The notes under the pieces are model-generated. The model saw only the letters and a list, made by a program, of their open reading frames with translations, was not told the DNA's origin and did not search any database. A stretch of 56,122 nt of DNA, taken from Candidatus Woesearchaeota archaeon. GTDB lineage: Archaea; Nanobdellota; Nanobdellia; SCGC-AAA011-G17; JACQNH01. How positions within the stretch are numbered: position 1 is the first letter of the stretch; each line of letters begins with the position of its first letter. A program made the position numbers and the translations under genes. This document shows positions 9,420 to 19,241 of the stretch, piece after piece. The stretch lies in contig JAHFIJ010000002.1 of NCBI GenBank assembly GCA_023246445.1, forward strand, positions 1 through 56,122. The letters run 5' to 3'.

Positions 9420-9531
9420 AGAATAATCTTGTTTTAGGGATTTATATATTTTGTGGTGAAGAATATCACCTCAAAAATTAATCTAGTAATCCCCCTCTTT
9501 GAATTTAACAAAATTTATGGAGGTAAATAAA

Positions 9532-10008
9532 ATGGAAAGAAAAATTTTAGAGTTGGTTGCAACTGACAGAATTGAAATCCCTCTGTCTAGTATGGATCAA
9601 AAGCTGAGGAGAACAAGGTTGAGCCTTGGGGGTGAGATAACTGACATGGTTGGTAGCAGTTATGTAGGTGAAAGAGTATTTGCTCGTGTTGTGGATGAGG
9701 ATAAGGAAAGAGCAAGAGGAATGAAAGAAGCTGTTGCTGAGTTTGAACAGGAATTTCCAAAATATGGCGTAATATTGAGGGGAAAAATTGCTGAAAAAAG
9801 AGTGTTAAGGGAAAAGCATTTGTATTTTGGAGTTAATGAAGGCAAGAGATTAAGCAGTGATGACTATATGGGTGTGATGGCTAGTATTGGACTGACTCCT
9901 GCAACAGCTAATGCTTTATATCCAGATTTAATGGAAGTGAGCAGAAAATTAGCAAAGGCAAGACAAGAAGAGAGAAGCGTTATTGTCGGGAAATATGAAG
10001 AGGAATAA
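9532..10008 (+). CDS. Hypothetical protein
   Basis: ATG at 9532 lies 8 nt after GGAGGT. Coding-like composition that is GC-richer than neighbours. No family recognised. Confidence 0.55.
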   Translation: MERKILELVATDRIEIPLSSMDQKLRRTRLSLGGEITDMVGSSYVGERVFARVVDEDKERARGMKEAVAEFEQEFPKYGVILRGKIAEKRVLREKHLYFGVNEGKRLSSDDYMGVMASIGLTPATANALYPDLMEVSRKLAKARQEERSVIVGKYEEE

Positions 10009-10017
10009 ACCCTCTTT

Positions 10018-12609
10018 TTATTTTTTTAAATTAATCTTAGCTAGAACCATTTTATGCATTCTTTTTAGGAATTCCTGCTTGGATTCAGCTTTTAAGATGT
10101 CTGACATTCCCTGAGAGACCAGATTAAGTGCAAAAGGAGATGGTATTAAAGTGAATTTTTCTTTTATTTCTAATTTATTTTCTTCTATTTGCTTTAAAAT
10201 CAGGGTTGCGTTTTGAAGATCCATTAGATCTTCTAAAACTTCTCTTCTAGCTTCCTTTAAGATTGGGAAGTCGTTTGAAATTCTTTTAACTGCTGACATT
10301 AAAATCATTGAAGATACTTGTTGACGACCAACATATTTTCTTACACCTTTATATTCTCTTAATATCATATAAGCTCTTCCTGCACAATGCCTAAATCTTC
10401 TTTTTAGGATTTCAGATTTGTCTATGGATTTTTCTGCTATAGTTTTTATATTTTCAGATTTCAAGATTCTTAAGGCTTTTAATATTTTTATTGGCTTTCT
10501 GCCAGATAAATAAAAACCATTATCGCTTATCCCAACTTCTACATCTATATGCTGTGTTCTTAGAATAATATAGGCTATACATCTCGATAAACAATCATTG
10601 ACCCGCCTACCAAATAAAGAATGAAGAATAACAAATATTTTATCATTTTCATCTTTATATTCTTCAATTATTAGCTTTTTTTCAGTGGGTATTTCTAAAA
10701 ATTGATATTGCTCCAGGAAATATTCGTAAATAGCTAAAGCGGTTTCTTCTTCAAGATACAAATGCTGTTTGATGAAATCTAAAACTTCTCTTTTAGGTTT
10801 TTTCATTCTTTCTGAAACTAATTTTCTGAATCTTTGAATTTCTAAAGCTAAATCAAATGATAATGGAAGCATCTCTGAGAACCAAGATGGAACTGTTGGT
10901 AATTTACCAGGGACTGGAATCACCTCTGCAGACATCCCTCTTGCGAATAAAAATTGATAAGTGTTGCCGCCTAAAACGAATATATCCCCCCTTTCTAATT
11001 TTTCTAGGAAACCTTCATCTATGGTCCCTATTAAATTGTTTTTATGCTTTACTTTTACACTTGTTTGATCAGGGATAGTGCCAATGTTAGTCATGTAGAT
11101 AACCTTAGCCATTCTACCTCGTCTTCCTACTTTACCTTCATTAAACCAGATTCTAGCGTAAACATGGCGATCTTCTAAGGTAGTATATTCTCCTGCTAAA
11201 TATTTTATAATTTCCAAGAAATCGTATTTAGACAAATCTTTATAGCAATAGGATTGTTTTATCATTAAATATAATTCTTCTACACCTATGGGTTCATTTA
11301 AAGTAATACCAATAATTTGTTGTGCTAATACATCTAGACAATTAGTTGGAATATGAACCTTGTCAATTTTTCTTTCTATTGCCAATTTTAGCATTACAGA
11401 ACATTCTACTAAATCATCTCTATCTAAAACTATTAATCTACCTTTTGTTGTATCGTGTAATTTGTGGCCTGCCCGTCCCTGCCTTTGCAATAATCTAGCG
11501 ACTGATTTTGGCGAGCCTAAGCATATTACTAAATCAATAAAACCAATGTCTATACCCAACTCCAAAGAAGTGGATGAGACACACGCCTTTAGTTTACCTT
11601 TTCTTAAGTCATCTTCAATTTGGAATCTATGCTCTTTGCTTAATGAACCGTGATGAGCGCCTATTAAAGAGATTTGTTTTTTAGTTGATTCTTCTATTGC
11701 AACATAGTTCTTAGGAAATCTTTCTTTTAGGTGATGAACAACTCTTTCTGTTCCTGCTCTTGTATTTGTGAATATTAAAGTAGTTTTGTGCTGTTGTATT
11801 AAAGAGTCTATTAAAGTATACATGTCATTAGAAAGACTTTCAAAGGTTGTGTCTATCAAATTATTTGAAGGTGTTAAAACTTTTAAATCCATCTTTTTAA
11901 TTCCTGAAATATCAATAATTTTACAATACCTGTTTGTTCCTACTAAGAATTTTGCAATTTCTGTCAAAGGAGCAATGGTTGCAGATAATCCAAGCCTGCA
12001 TATTCCAGGGGATAATGCCTGTAATCTTTCTAATGATAAAGATAAGTGAACGCCTCTCTTGTTTTCTGCTAAGGAATGAACCTCATCTATGATTACATAA
12101 TCTGTATTTTTTAAATTATTCACAAATTTTGAGGATGAGAGTATTAAAGCTAAAGATTCCGGAGTTGTAATCAATATGTGGGGTGGAGTCTTAAGCATTT
12201 TGGCTCTTTCTGCTACAGTAGTATCCCCTGTTCTGACAGCTACTCTAATACCTAATTTTTTTCCTGCTATTTTTTCTATTTCTTCTAAAGGTGTTAGTAA
12301 GTTAATTTTAATATCATTATTCAATGCCTTTAAAGGGGAGATGTAAACACAGTAAATTTTATTTTCCAGAATATTTTTTTGTGATAAATCTATTAATTCA
12401 TTTAAAATCGCTAAAAATGAAGTTAAGGTTTTACCTGTTCCTGTTGGGGCTGAAACTAAAATATTTTGCCTTTTGTGGACTTCTGAGACACCAAATAATT
12501 GCGGCAAGGAGAAATCTTTAAATTTATTAAAAAACCAGGTTCTAACTAGTGGGATTAACAGTTCTTTGACCACTTCAGGGTTGTCTGGTGCTTCTTTATA
12601 GGTTATCAT
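10018..12609 (-). CDS. lhr: Lhr-like DEXH-box ATP-dependent helicase
   Basis: SAPTGTGKT (motif I), IIDEVHSL (DEVH), LSATI and QRQGRAGH (motif VI), plus a long Lhr-type C-terminal region. Confidence 0.88.
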   Translation of the reverse strand: MITYKEAPDNPEVVKELLIPLVRTWFFNKFKDFSLPQLFGVSEVHKRQNILVSAPTGTGKTLTSFLAILNELIDLSQKNILENKIYCVYISPLKALNNDIKINLLTPLEEIEKIAGKKLGIRVAVRTGDTTVAERAKMLKTPPHILITTPESLALILSSSKFVNNLKNTDYVIIDEVHSLAENKRGVHLSLSLERLQALSPGICRLGLSATIAPLTEIAKFLVGTNRYCKIIDISGIKKMDLKVLTPSNNLIDTTFESLSNDMYTLIDSLIQQHKTTLIFTNTRAGTERVVHHLKERFPKNYVAIEESTKKQISLIGAHHGSLSKEHRFQIEDDLRKGKLKACVSSTSLELGIDIGFIDLVICLGSPKSVARLLQRQGRAGHKLHDTTKGRLIVLDRDDLVECSVMLKLAIERKIDKVHIPTNCLDVLAQQIIGITLNEPIGVEELYLMIKQSYCYKDLSKYDFLEIIKYLAGEYTTLEDRHVYARIWFNEGKVGRRGRMAKVIYMTNIGTIPDQTSVKVKHKNNLIGTIDEGFLEKLERGDIFVLGGNTYQFLFARGMSAEVIPVPGKLPTVPSWFSEMLPLSFDLALEIQRFRKLVSERMKKPKREVLDFIKQHLYLEEETALAIYEYFLEQYQFLEIPTEKKLIIEEYKDENDKIFVILHSLFGRRVNDCLSRCIAYIILRTQHIDVEVGISDNGFYLSGRKPIKILKALRILKSENIKTIAEKSIDKSEILKRRFRHCAGRAYMILREYKGVRKYVGRQQVSSMILMSAVKRISNDFPILKEARREVLEDLMDLQNATLILKQIEENKLEIKEKFTLIPSPFALNLVSQGMSDILKAESKQEFLKRMHKMVLAKINLKK

Positions 12610-12661
12610 AGATTGAATTAGATGGAAAATCTTATAATACTATTGAAGTTTAATATGGCTG

Positions 12662-13279
12662 ATGAATAATAAACTAGTAATTGGTAAATATAATGAAATT
12701 AAAGATGAAATCCAAAGGGCTTGGGAAGGCTATAAAAGTGTTAAAAGTGAGAAGAATTTGTTTTATGAGTTATGCTTTACTATTTTAACACCTCAATCGA
12801 ATGGATTTAGATGCTGGGGGATAGTAGAGGATTTAAAGAAAATGAAATTTTTTGATAAATGTGTCGAATTAGAAGAATTGCAAAAGTTTTTACAGAGAAG
12901 AGTAAGGTTTCATAATAATAAAGGTGAATATTTGAATTTAGTTAAAGATAATTGGAAGAAAATTTATAAAACATTAGAAGAGAGGAATAGTGAAAAATTA
13001 AGAGAATGGCTGGTCGAAAATATAAAAGGGCATGGTTTTAAGGAATCAAGCCATTTCTTGCGGAATATTGGTAGAGAAAATTTAGCTATTTTAGATAGAC
13101 ATATATTAAGATGCTTAGAAAAATTAAATGTTATTAATGAAACACCTAAATCATTAACTAAAAATAAATATCTTGAGATTGAAAAGAAATTTAAAGAATA
13201 TGGAAATAAAATTGGAATTAAAATGGATGAGTTAGACTTGTTATTCTGGAGTATGGCAACTGGAAGAGTTTTTAAGTAG
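12662..13279 (+). CDS. ogg: Archaeal Ogg2-type 8-oxoguanine DNA glycosylase/lyase
   Basis: HhH-GPD pattern: LTPQSNGFRCW, HGFKESSHFLRNIG, LAILDRHIL. Confidence 0.8.
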   Translation: MNNKLVIGKYNEIKDEIQRAWEGYKSVKSEKNLFYELCFTILTPQSNGFRCWGIVEDLKKMKFFDKCVELEELQKFLQRRVRFHNNKGEYLNLVKDNWKKIYKTLEERNSEKLREWLVENIKGHGFKESSHFLRNIGRENLAILDRHILRCLEKLNVINETPKSLTKNKYLEIEKKFKEYGNKIGIKMDELDLLFWSMATGRVFK

Positions 13280-13282
13280 GGA

Positions 13283-14251
13283 TTATTCTTCTAAGGGTGT
13301 TAGATTACTTTTAAAAAAATTACCTGTTTGATATCTAAACCCTTTTTCTTCATTATACATTCCGAAAATATATATCTTGAAATTATATCCTAAAAAATCT
13401 GTTTCAAGGATAGTTAAACTTACCTCATCTAAAGATGGCGAACTTGCATTTGTATCTAAGTCAAGGGATAATCTCCCAAATCCTAGTTCTCTTAATCTTC
13501 TAATAAACTTTATTGAAACAGCATTTCGTGATTGATCATAAAATGTTGTTCTTTCAGCTAGTGGATCATAATTTCTTATTTTTTCTACAAGCTGTGCATT
13601 CCTCCTGCCTTCAAGCAACTGATGTTTTGTTAGTGCTTCTTCCATGGCTTTTGCAGTATCTGTTGTTTCTATTAAAAAATCTGCTAGTCTATTTAAGAAG
13701 TCAATTGCCTCTTTAGCTAATCCGTCGTTAGAGGCTCCATCTAATTCATAGCCAATTGCAGCTATGCAATAGACAACACCTTCTAAATCTGCTTTTAATG
13801 TTCCTTCTAGTGTTCCTAAGTTTGCTATTTTTCTTATAAATTTATGGGCTTCTTCTGTTGTTATGTTGGTTTCTATATTTGGTGGGGAGATAGAATCTAA
13901 ATTTTCTACAGGAAGTATTAGGTTATATTTCTTTTTTATTTCTTCTATTAATTCAGAAGGATCTTCGTATAATCCCCAAGATTCTTTTAAGTATTTTAAA
14001 ACCCTTGTTTGATCTTCTTCTGGTATTTTTGTTAATAAATCTATAACTTTGTAGGTTTTATCTTTGAAAGTATTCTCTATGTTTTTTTCTATTGAACTTT
14101 TATTACCGCCCATATTTGTAGGCTGATTATTTTGCAGATCTGAAGCAAATGGAGTAACAGAAGGAAATAAACAGAGAAACAAAGCCATTGTTTTTGGCAC
14201 AATTTGTTTTGTGGAAATTTTGAATTTAGAGAGTAAACAGCTTAATGACAT
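13283..14251 (-). CDS. Hypothetical protein, probable signal peptide
   Basis: A long ORF. The internal Met (MALFLCLFPSVTPFASD, start near 14188) gives a hydrophobic N-terminus. No family recognised. Confidence 0.5.
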   Translation of the reverse strand: MSLSCLLSKFKISTKQIVPKTMALFLCLFPSVTPFASDLQNNQPTNMGGNKSSIEKNIENTFKDKTYKVIDLLTKIPEEDQTRVLKYLKESWGLYEDPSELIEEIKKKYNLILPVENLDSISPPNIETNITTEEAHKFIRKIANLGTLEGTLKADLEGVVYCIAAIGYELDGASNDGLAKEAIDFLNRLADFLIETTDTAKAMEEALTKHQLLEGRRNAQLVEKIRNYDPLAERTTFYDQSRNAVSIKFIRRLRELGFGRLSLDLDTNASSPSLDEVSLTILETDFLGYNFKIYIFGMYNEEKGFRYQTGNFFKSNLTPLEE

Positions 14252-14331
14252 AAATTTAAGAATTTTTAGTGATTTATAAAATTTGGGAATGAACCAATAG
14301 ATTTAAATTTGTTATAAGTTAGTAATCATTG

Positions 14332-14883
14332 ATGGTTAAATTAAAATTTTCTGTTAATGAGGTTAAGGATCTGGTTAAGGCATGGTTAGCAGTCAGTATA
14401 GTCTTTTTATTGGCTTATTTTGGCTGGAGTTTTGAGAATTTCATGAGGAGTTTTTTAATAATTGCTTTAATAGTTGGAAGTGCTTTTATTTTACATGAAC
14501 TAAGCCATAAATTTTTTGCTGTGAAATATGGATACTATGCTGAATTTAAATCATTTGATAAAATGCTATTAGTCAGTATAGTTTTGGGTTTTTTTGGCTT
14601 TATATTCTTAGCTCCAGGCGCTGTTTTTATTTTTGGAAATGTAACAAATGATAAAAATGGGAAAATCTCTTTAGCTGGGCCTGTAACCAATTTAATTTTA
14701 GCTTTAATATTTTTAATTATAGGCGGCCCAATTGGATTATCCGGTTTTAGGATTAATTCCTGGCTGGCATTTTTTAATATGCTGCCATTTTTTGGATTAG
14801 ATGGAAGTAAGGTCTTTGAATGGAATAAGATGGTGTTTTTTATTGTAATTGTGATAAGTGCTTTGATGGCATTTGGAATGTAA
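14332..14883 (+). CDS. Small M50-family (site-2 protease-like) membrane metalloprotease
   Basis: HELSHKF (HExxH) lies within a multi-TM protein, with FFNMLPFFGLDG near the C-terminus. Confidence 0.7.
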   Translation: MVKLKFSVNEVKDLVKAWLAVSIVFLLAYFGWSFENFMRSFLIIALIVGSAFILHELSHKFFAVKYGYYAEFKSFDKMLLVSIVLGFFGFIFLAPGAVFIFGNVTNDKNGKISLAGPVTNLILALIFLIIGGPIGLSGFRINSWLAFFNMLPFFGLDGSKVFEWNKMVFFIVIVISALMAFGM

Positions 14884-15168
14884 ACATATTAAATTTGCAT
14901 TGAAATAAGGCATTGTTATCATTCACTGAGGGCATTTATATTTGATGATAAAATTTTTAGAATGAAAGAAGTTAAGTGACCGACAGGGAAAATAAATGAG
15001 TTAAATAAAAAAATATTTATTATACTATTAAAGATAAAAAGCGGTTGGAATGGCTTAATAGGATGTTTTGGAAAATGTTTTCTAGCTTTATAGATTCAAA
15101 AAATAGGTTGGATGCATTAAAGAAATTGAAATATAAAGGCTTTTAAATTCTGTTTATAAAGATATTAC

Positions 15169-16503
15169 ATGGTATTAGAGCAATTAGGCAGCAAATTAAA
15201 GGAAACTATCAGTAAAGTAGCCAGAATAATTTTTGTTGATGAAAAGGCTATAGATGAATTATGCAAAGAAATTCAAAGATCTCTTTTAAGTGCTGATGTT
15301 AATGTTAGATTGGTATTTGAACTAACACAGAAAATAAAAAAGAAAGCATTAGAGAAGAAATCCAGCGCTATAAATGAAAGAGAGAATTTAATTAATATTG
15401 TTTATGGAGAATTAAGCAATTTATTAGGCGGGGAGAAAAAAGAATTTGAAATTTCCAGTAAAAAAAGGCCATATAAGATAATGTTTGTGGGTTTATATGG
15501 TTCTGGAAAATCCACAAGCATCGGAAAAATTGGGAACTATTTGCAGAAAAGAAATTTAAAAATATGTGCAATTGGCTTGGATGTTCATAGGGCAGCTGCA
15601 ATGGAACAATTAGAGCAGAATTGTGAAAAGGCAGGAATTAAATGCTTTACAGATAAAAAAGAAAAAAATGCTATAAAAATTTATGAGAAGTATAAAAAAG
15701 ATTTAGAGAAATTTGATGTTGTTTTAATGGATACTGCCGGAAGAGATGCATTAAGCAATGATTTATTGGATGAGATAAAAGAATTAAAGAAAAAAAGCGA
15801 TGCTGATGAAGTTATTTTAGTCATAAGTGCAGATATTGGGCAGACTGCTTTTGAGCAAGCTAAGACTTTTCACGATACAGTAAATGTAAATGATGTTATA
15901 ATCACTAAGATGGATGGGAGTGCAAAAGCTGGGGGGGCATTAAGCGCATGTGCTGCTTCCGGCGCTAAAGTAATATTTATCGGGACAGGAGAAAAAATAA
16001 ATGATTTAGAGACTTTTAATCCTAAAGGCTTTGTTGGAAGATTATTAGGGATGGGGGATTTAGAGGCTTTATTAAAAAAGGTTGAGGATAGTGTAGACAA
16101 AGAAAACAGGGAAGAATTAAGCGAGAAGTTTTTGAAGGGGGATTTTACATTAGTGGATTTGTATAAACAACTGGAGATGACCAGAAAATTAGGACCATTG
16201 TCTAAGGTTTTTGAAATGGTGCCTGGATTTGGAAATATGAAGATTCCTAAGGAAATGTTGGATACCCAAGATGTTAAGTTTGAAAAATGGAAACATATAA
16301 TGAATAGCTTAACAAAAGATGAGTTAGAGAATCCTGAAATAATAAATGATGGTAAAAGAGTTGAAAGAATAGCTAAAGGCTCAGGAGTAAGCGAAAGTGT
16401 TGTTAAGGAAATGCTGAAACAGTATAGACAGTTTAGGAAGGTTTCTAAGATGCTGAAAGGGAATAAATTAGAAAATGTGATGAAAAAATTTGGAATGAGA
16501 TAA
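15169..16503 (+). CDS. srp54: Signal recognition particle protein SRP54
   Basis: GLYGSGKST, DTAGRD and TKMDGSAKAGGALS, with a Met-rich M domain at the C-terminus. Confidence 0.95.
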   Translation: MVLEQLGSKLKETISKVARIIFVDEKAIDELCKEIQRSLLSADVNVRLVFELTQKIKKKALEKKSSAINERENLINIVYGELSNLLGGEKKEFEISSKKRPYKIMFVGLYGSGKSTSIGKIGNYLQKRNLKICAIGLDVHRAAAMEQLEQNCEKAGIKCFTDKKEKNAIKIYEKYKKDLEKFDVVLMDTAGRDALSNDLLDEIKELKKKSDADEVILVISADIGQTAFEQAKTFHDTVNVNDVIITKMDGSAKAGGALSACAASGAKVIFIGTGEKINDLETFNPKGFVGRLLGMGDLEALLKKVEDSVDKENREELSEKFLKGDFTLVDLYKQLEMTRKLGPLSKVFEMVPGFGNMKIPKEMLDTQDVKFEKWKHIMNSLTKDELENPEIINDGKRVERIAKGSGVSESVVKEMLKQYRQFRKVSKMLKGNKLENVMKKFGMR

Positions 16504-16537
16504 ACTTAAATAGTTAAGAGATATTTAATTTTTTTAT

Positions 16538-17101
16538 ATGTCACAAACTGAAGGAGGTTATACCTTTTTAGAGGAGGATTCTAATTGTTTTAGTTATGTG
16601 GCGCTGGGATTGTATGCAGAATTAATAGTCTCCTTGTCGGAAGGAACACCAATTGACCTAGTATTGAAACAAATTAAAAGAGATGATCATTTTAAAGAAC
16701 GGGATATAAAATGGATTGAAATGAAATATATAAATCATTTTAATCATTGTAAACCTTGTTTTAGAAAATATGAAGGTTATGTTGGGGGTTTATGGGAAAT
16801 TGTTAGAAATTTTGAAATGCGTGTTAAAAAAGGATTAGGTGATACTGAAAAAAATAGTTTATTTTTTAGATTAAGAAAAAATTTTTTACTTGAGCATTTA
16901 GATTATGATGACCCTTGTAATTTGTTTAGATATTTAGATAATTATTTTTTTAGCAGAGCTGGGGATTTCCATCATGTTGAAGGTTTTGAGAGGCATATTA
17001 GTGAATGTGATTATTGCAGGGGGTATAAGAGTTTAGGGCATTCTGCGAATTTAGTTGATTTATCTGTTGTTTTGAGAAGAGTAATTGATAATAATGTATA
17101 A
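16538..17101 (+). CDS. Hypothetical Cys/His-rich protein
   Basis: A long ORF with HCKPCF and ECDYCRG pairs. Followed by the hairpin at 17126-17145. Confidence 0.5.
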   Translation: MSQTEGGYTFLEEDSNCFSYVALGLYAELIVSLSEGTPIDLVLKQIKRDDHFKERDIKWIEMKYINHFNHCKPCFRKYEGYVGGLWEIVRNFEMRVKKGLGDTEKNSLFFRLRKNFLLEHLDYDDPCNLFRYLDNYFFSRAGDFHHVEGFERHISECDYCRGYKSLGHSANLVDLSVVLRRVIDNNV

Positions 17102-17125
17102 GCCATAGACATATGTCGTAGGACG

Positions 17126-17145
17126 TTTATGTTGTAGAACATAAA
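17126..17145 (+). terminator. Perfect 8-bp hairpin downstream of 16538-17101
   Basis: TTTATGTT-GTAG-AACATAAA. Confidence 0.3.
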
Positions 17146-17420
17146 TGAATTTTGCTTGTAAAATCAAGCAAACAAGTGAAGATAGCAAATTTGATAAATG
17201 GTGCAGAAGAAATGGAATTAAACACATCCGTTCAGCAATTCATAGCCCAACTACTACAGGAAAGGTTGAAAGATTATTTCAGACTATGGACAGAGAAATG
17301 CCCTTTTGTAATAATGATTCCGAGTTGTTTAGAATGAGGTATAATCATTTTAGACCGCATATGAGCCTACATGAGAAAGTCCCAGCAGACATTTATTTTG
17401 CATTCGATAAACTATTTTAA
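17145..17420 (+). pseudogene. rve-type (DDE) integrase core, C-terminal remnant
   Basis: DKWCRRNGIKHIRSAIHSPTTTGKVERLFQTM...YNHFRPHMSL is the last third of an rve domain. The N-terminal two thirds are absent. Flanked by GACATATGTC palindromes at 17108-17117 and 17429-17438. Confidence 0.65.
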
Positions 17421-17450
17421 AGGGTTATGACATATGTCAGTGGATTGCAC

Positions 17451-17570
17451 AAGTAATTGATAATAATTAGTTTTAAAAAGTCTGTTTTTCAAGGTTTTAA
17501 GATGGAAAATGAGCAAATTATAGAGGTTAAGGAGTCTAAGCATAGTAAAATAGGATATATCAAGGATAAA
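17451..17570 (+). repeat. Direct repeat copy 1: orphan secE promoter plus first 23 codons
   Basis: 120 nt, 116/120 identical to 20300-20419. Encodes MENEQIIEVKESKHSKIGYIKDK and then runs into a stop. Confidence 0.9.
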
Positions 17571-17572
17571 CA

Positions 17573-17592
17573 GTATCTACTTGCGTAGATAC
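17573..17592. other. Perfect 8-bp stem / 4-nt loop hairpin at the repeat-cassette junction
   Basis: GTATCTAC-TTGC-GTAGATAC starts 3 nt after the end of repeat copy 1. Confidence 0.5.
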
Positions 17593-17704
17593 TGACATAA
17601 TGCCAGAAAGCTCGCATATTACAATAAGCTGGACAAAGCCAACTAATTCCCACGCAAAGCTCCCTAAAGAAATATTTATAAATATTCTAAAATTATCTAT
17701 TTAT

Positions 17705-18772
17705 ATGAGAAAAAAGATACAAGAAAGAGCGAAATGGGAAGGGTCTCCCTTTCCAGATTTATATGAAGATATACTTAAAACTCCACTTTGTGAAATTTTA
17801 GCAAAGGGTAGACATAGGTCTGAACTGATATTAATACACCATTTACATGAAGTCGCTCTTCCATTTATCAAATCCATGGCACAAGGTTATAAAATAAGAA
17901 AAATAATTGGTATACCTTATTCAAGCGTTGATTCAGTTGTTAAAGAACTGAAGAGCTTTTTTGATGTTATCGTTCCAAAAGAATTAGAGGAGATTTCAGG
18001 TATTGTGGAACAATCGGTTAATTTATCTAATAAGTCAGTTATAATTGAAGAAATTGGGGGGTATACTACAGATATTGCAGATTTCTTGGATAAATCTAAA
18101 AATGTAGTGGGTGTTGTCGAGGATACCCAGCAAGGCCATTGGAGATGGCAAAATACTTCACTGAATAGATTACCTGTTTTATCTGTCGCTTATTCAAGTA
18201 CAAAACGAATTGAGGATCACTTTGTTGCACAATCCATAATTGATGGCTTGGCTCGTTATTTGCATCAAAACAATCTAAAACCACTCAGAAACCAAAATAT
18301 TTTAGTCTTGGGATTTGGAAATATTGGGGAACAGTTGTGTCGATATCTTAAACCAATATGTAAGGATTTATCAGTTTATGACATAAACCCTATAAGATTA
18401 TTAAAAGCAAATGTTGATTATAATATCTCTCGTGATTTTTCCAATATAGATATTGTTCTTGGAGTTACTGGAAAACAATCAGTTACTATAGATGACGCAG
18501 ATAAATTAAATTCAAATATGTTATTAATATCGGGAAGCTCAAAAAGAATTGAGTTTGAACAAACTTTACCAGGGATTATTAATAACGGAGAACCAATTAA
18601 TCTAAGATATTCAGTTGTGCCATCGAAAGTTCTGGATTTAGTTTATGGTAGTTTAATATGTTGTATCAACAAATTAGATAATGGTTTTTCTCTTCAAGGA
18701 TTACATGATTTGGATTATCTCGAGCAACAAAAGATTGCAGAGAAATATAAAAGAATATATAATATAAGGTGA
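17705..18772 (+). CDS. Divergent S-adenosylhomocysteine-hydrolase-like NAD-binding protein
   Basis: Collinear with AdoHcyase: VIIEEIGG (cf DDGGD), VVEDTQQG (cf EETTTG), LPVLSVAYSSTKRIED (cf PAINVNDSVTKSKFD), Rossmann VLGFGNIGEQL. Several catalytic positions are substituted. ATG at 17705 follows TTTATAAAT by ~25 nt; the track ORF starts at 17600. Confidence 0.6.
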   Translation: MRKKIQERAKWEGSPFPDLYEDILKTPLCEILAKGRHRSELILIHHLHEVALPFIKSMAQGYKIRKIIGIPYSSVDSVVKELKSFFDVIVPKELEEISGIVEQSVNLSNKSVIIEEIGGYTTDIADFLDKSKNVVGVVEDTQQGHWRWQNTSLNRLPVLSVAYSSTKRIEDHFVAQSIIDGLARYLHQNNLKPLRNQNILVLGFGNIGEQLCRYLKPICKDLSVYDINPIRLLKANVDYNISRDFSNIDIVLGVTGKQSVTIDDADKLNSNMLLISGSSKRIEFEQTLPGIINNGEPINLRYSVVPSKVLDLVYGSLICCINKLDNGFSLQGLHDLDYLEQQKIAEKYKRIYNIR

Positions 18773-18779
18773 ATTTATT

Positions 18780-19241
18780 ATGGAAACAAAAAAAACAGAT
18801 CTAACCGTTGGAGCATGTATTATTTCAAATGGAAAAATTCTGCTTATGCTCCATAAAAAATTAAACAAATGGCTTTTTCCAGGTGGGCATATAGATCCAA
18901 ATGAAACCCCTGACATGGCAATAGTAAGAGAAGTAAAAGAAGAGACAGGATTAAATCTAAGATTTATGAATTTTAGTGAACTTAATCAATCGCCTGAAGA
19001 AATTGAAAAATTGGCAGTACCATTTCATGCTAACTTACATAATGTAGGAGATCATGATCATTACTGTTCTTATTATCTTGGAACTGTTGATAATCCTAAT
19101 TTTATAAAAAATCATGAAAGCAAAGATTTAAAATGGTTTAATATTGAAGAAATAAAAATGTTAGAAAACCTGCCTCCAAGTATTAAACAAATGGCAATAC
19201 TTGCTGTAGAAAAATACAACAAATTAAATGATAACTTATAG
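18780..19241 (+). CDS. Nudix hydrolase
   Basis: Nudix box GGHIDPNETPDMAIVREVKEETGL. Starts 8 nt after the upstream gene. Confidence 0.88.
   Translation: METKKTDLTVGACIISNGKILLMLHKKLNKWLFPGGHIDPNETPDMAIVREVKEETGLNLRFMNFSELNQSPEEIEKLAVPFHANLHNVGDHDHYCSYYLGTVDNPNFIKNHESKDLKWFNIEEIKMLENLPPSIKQMAILAVEKYNKLNDNL

Noticed and set aside
17152-17337. 61-aa alternative-frame ORF inside the rve remnant
   Set aside because: The overlapping frame carries the recognisable integrase-core motifs, and this one has none.
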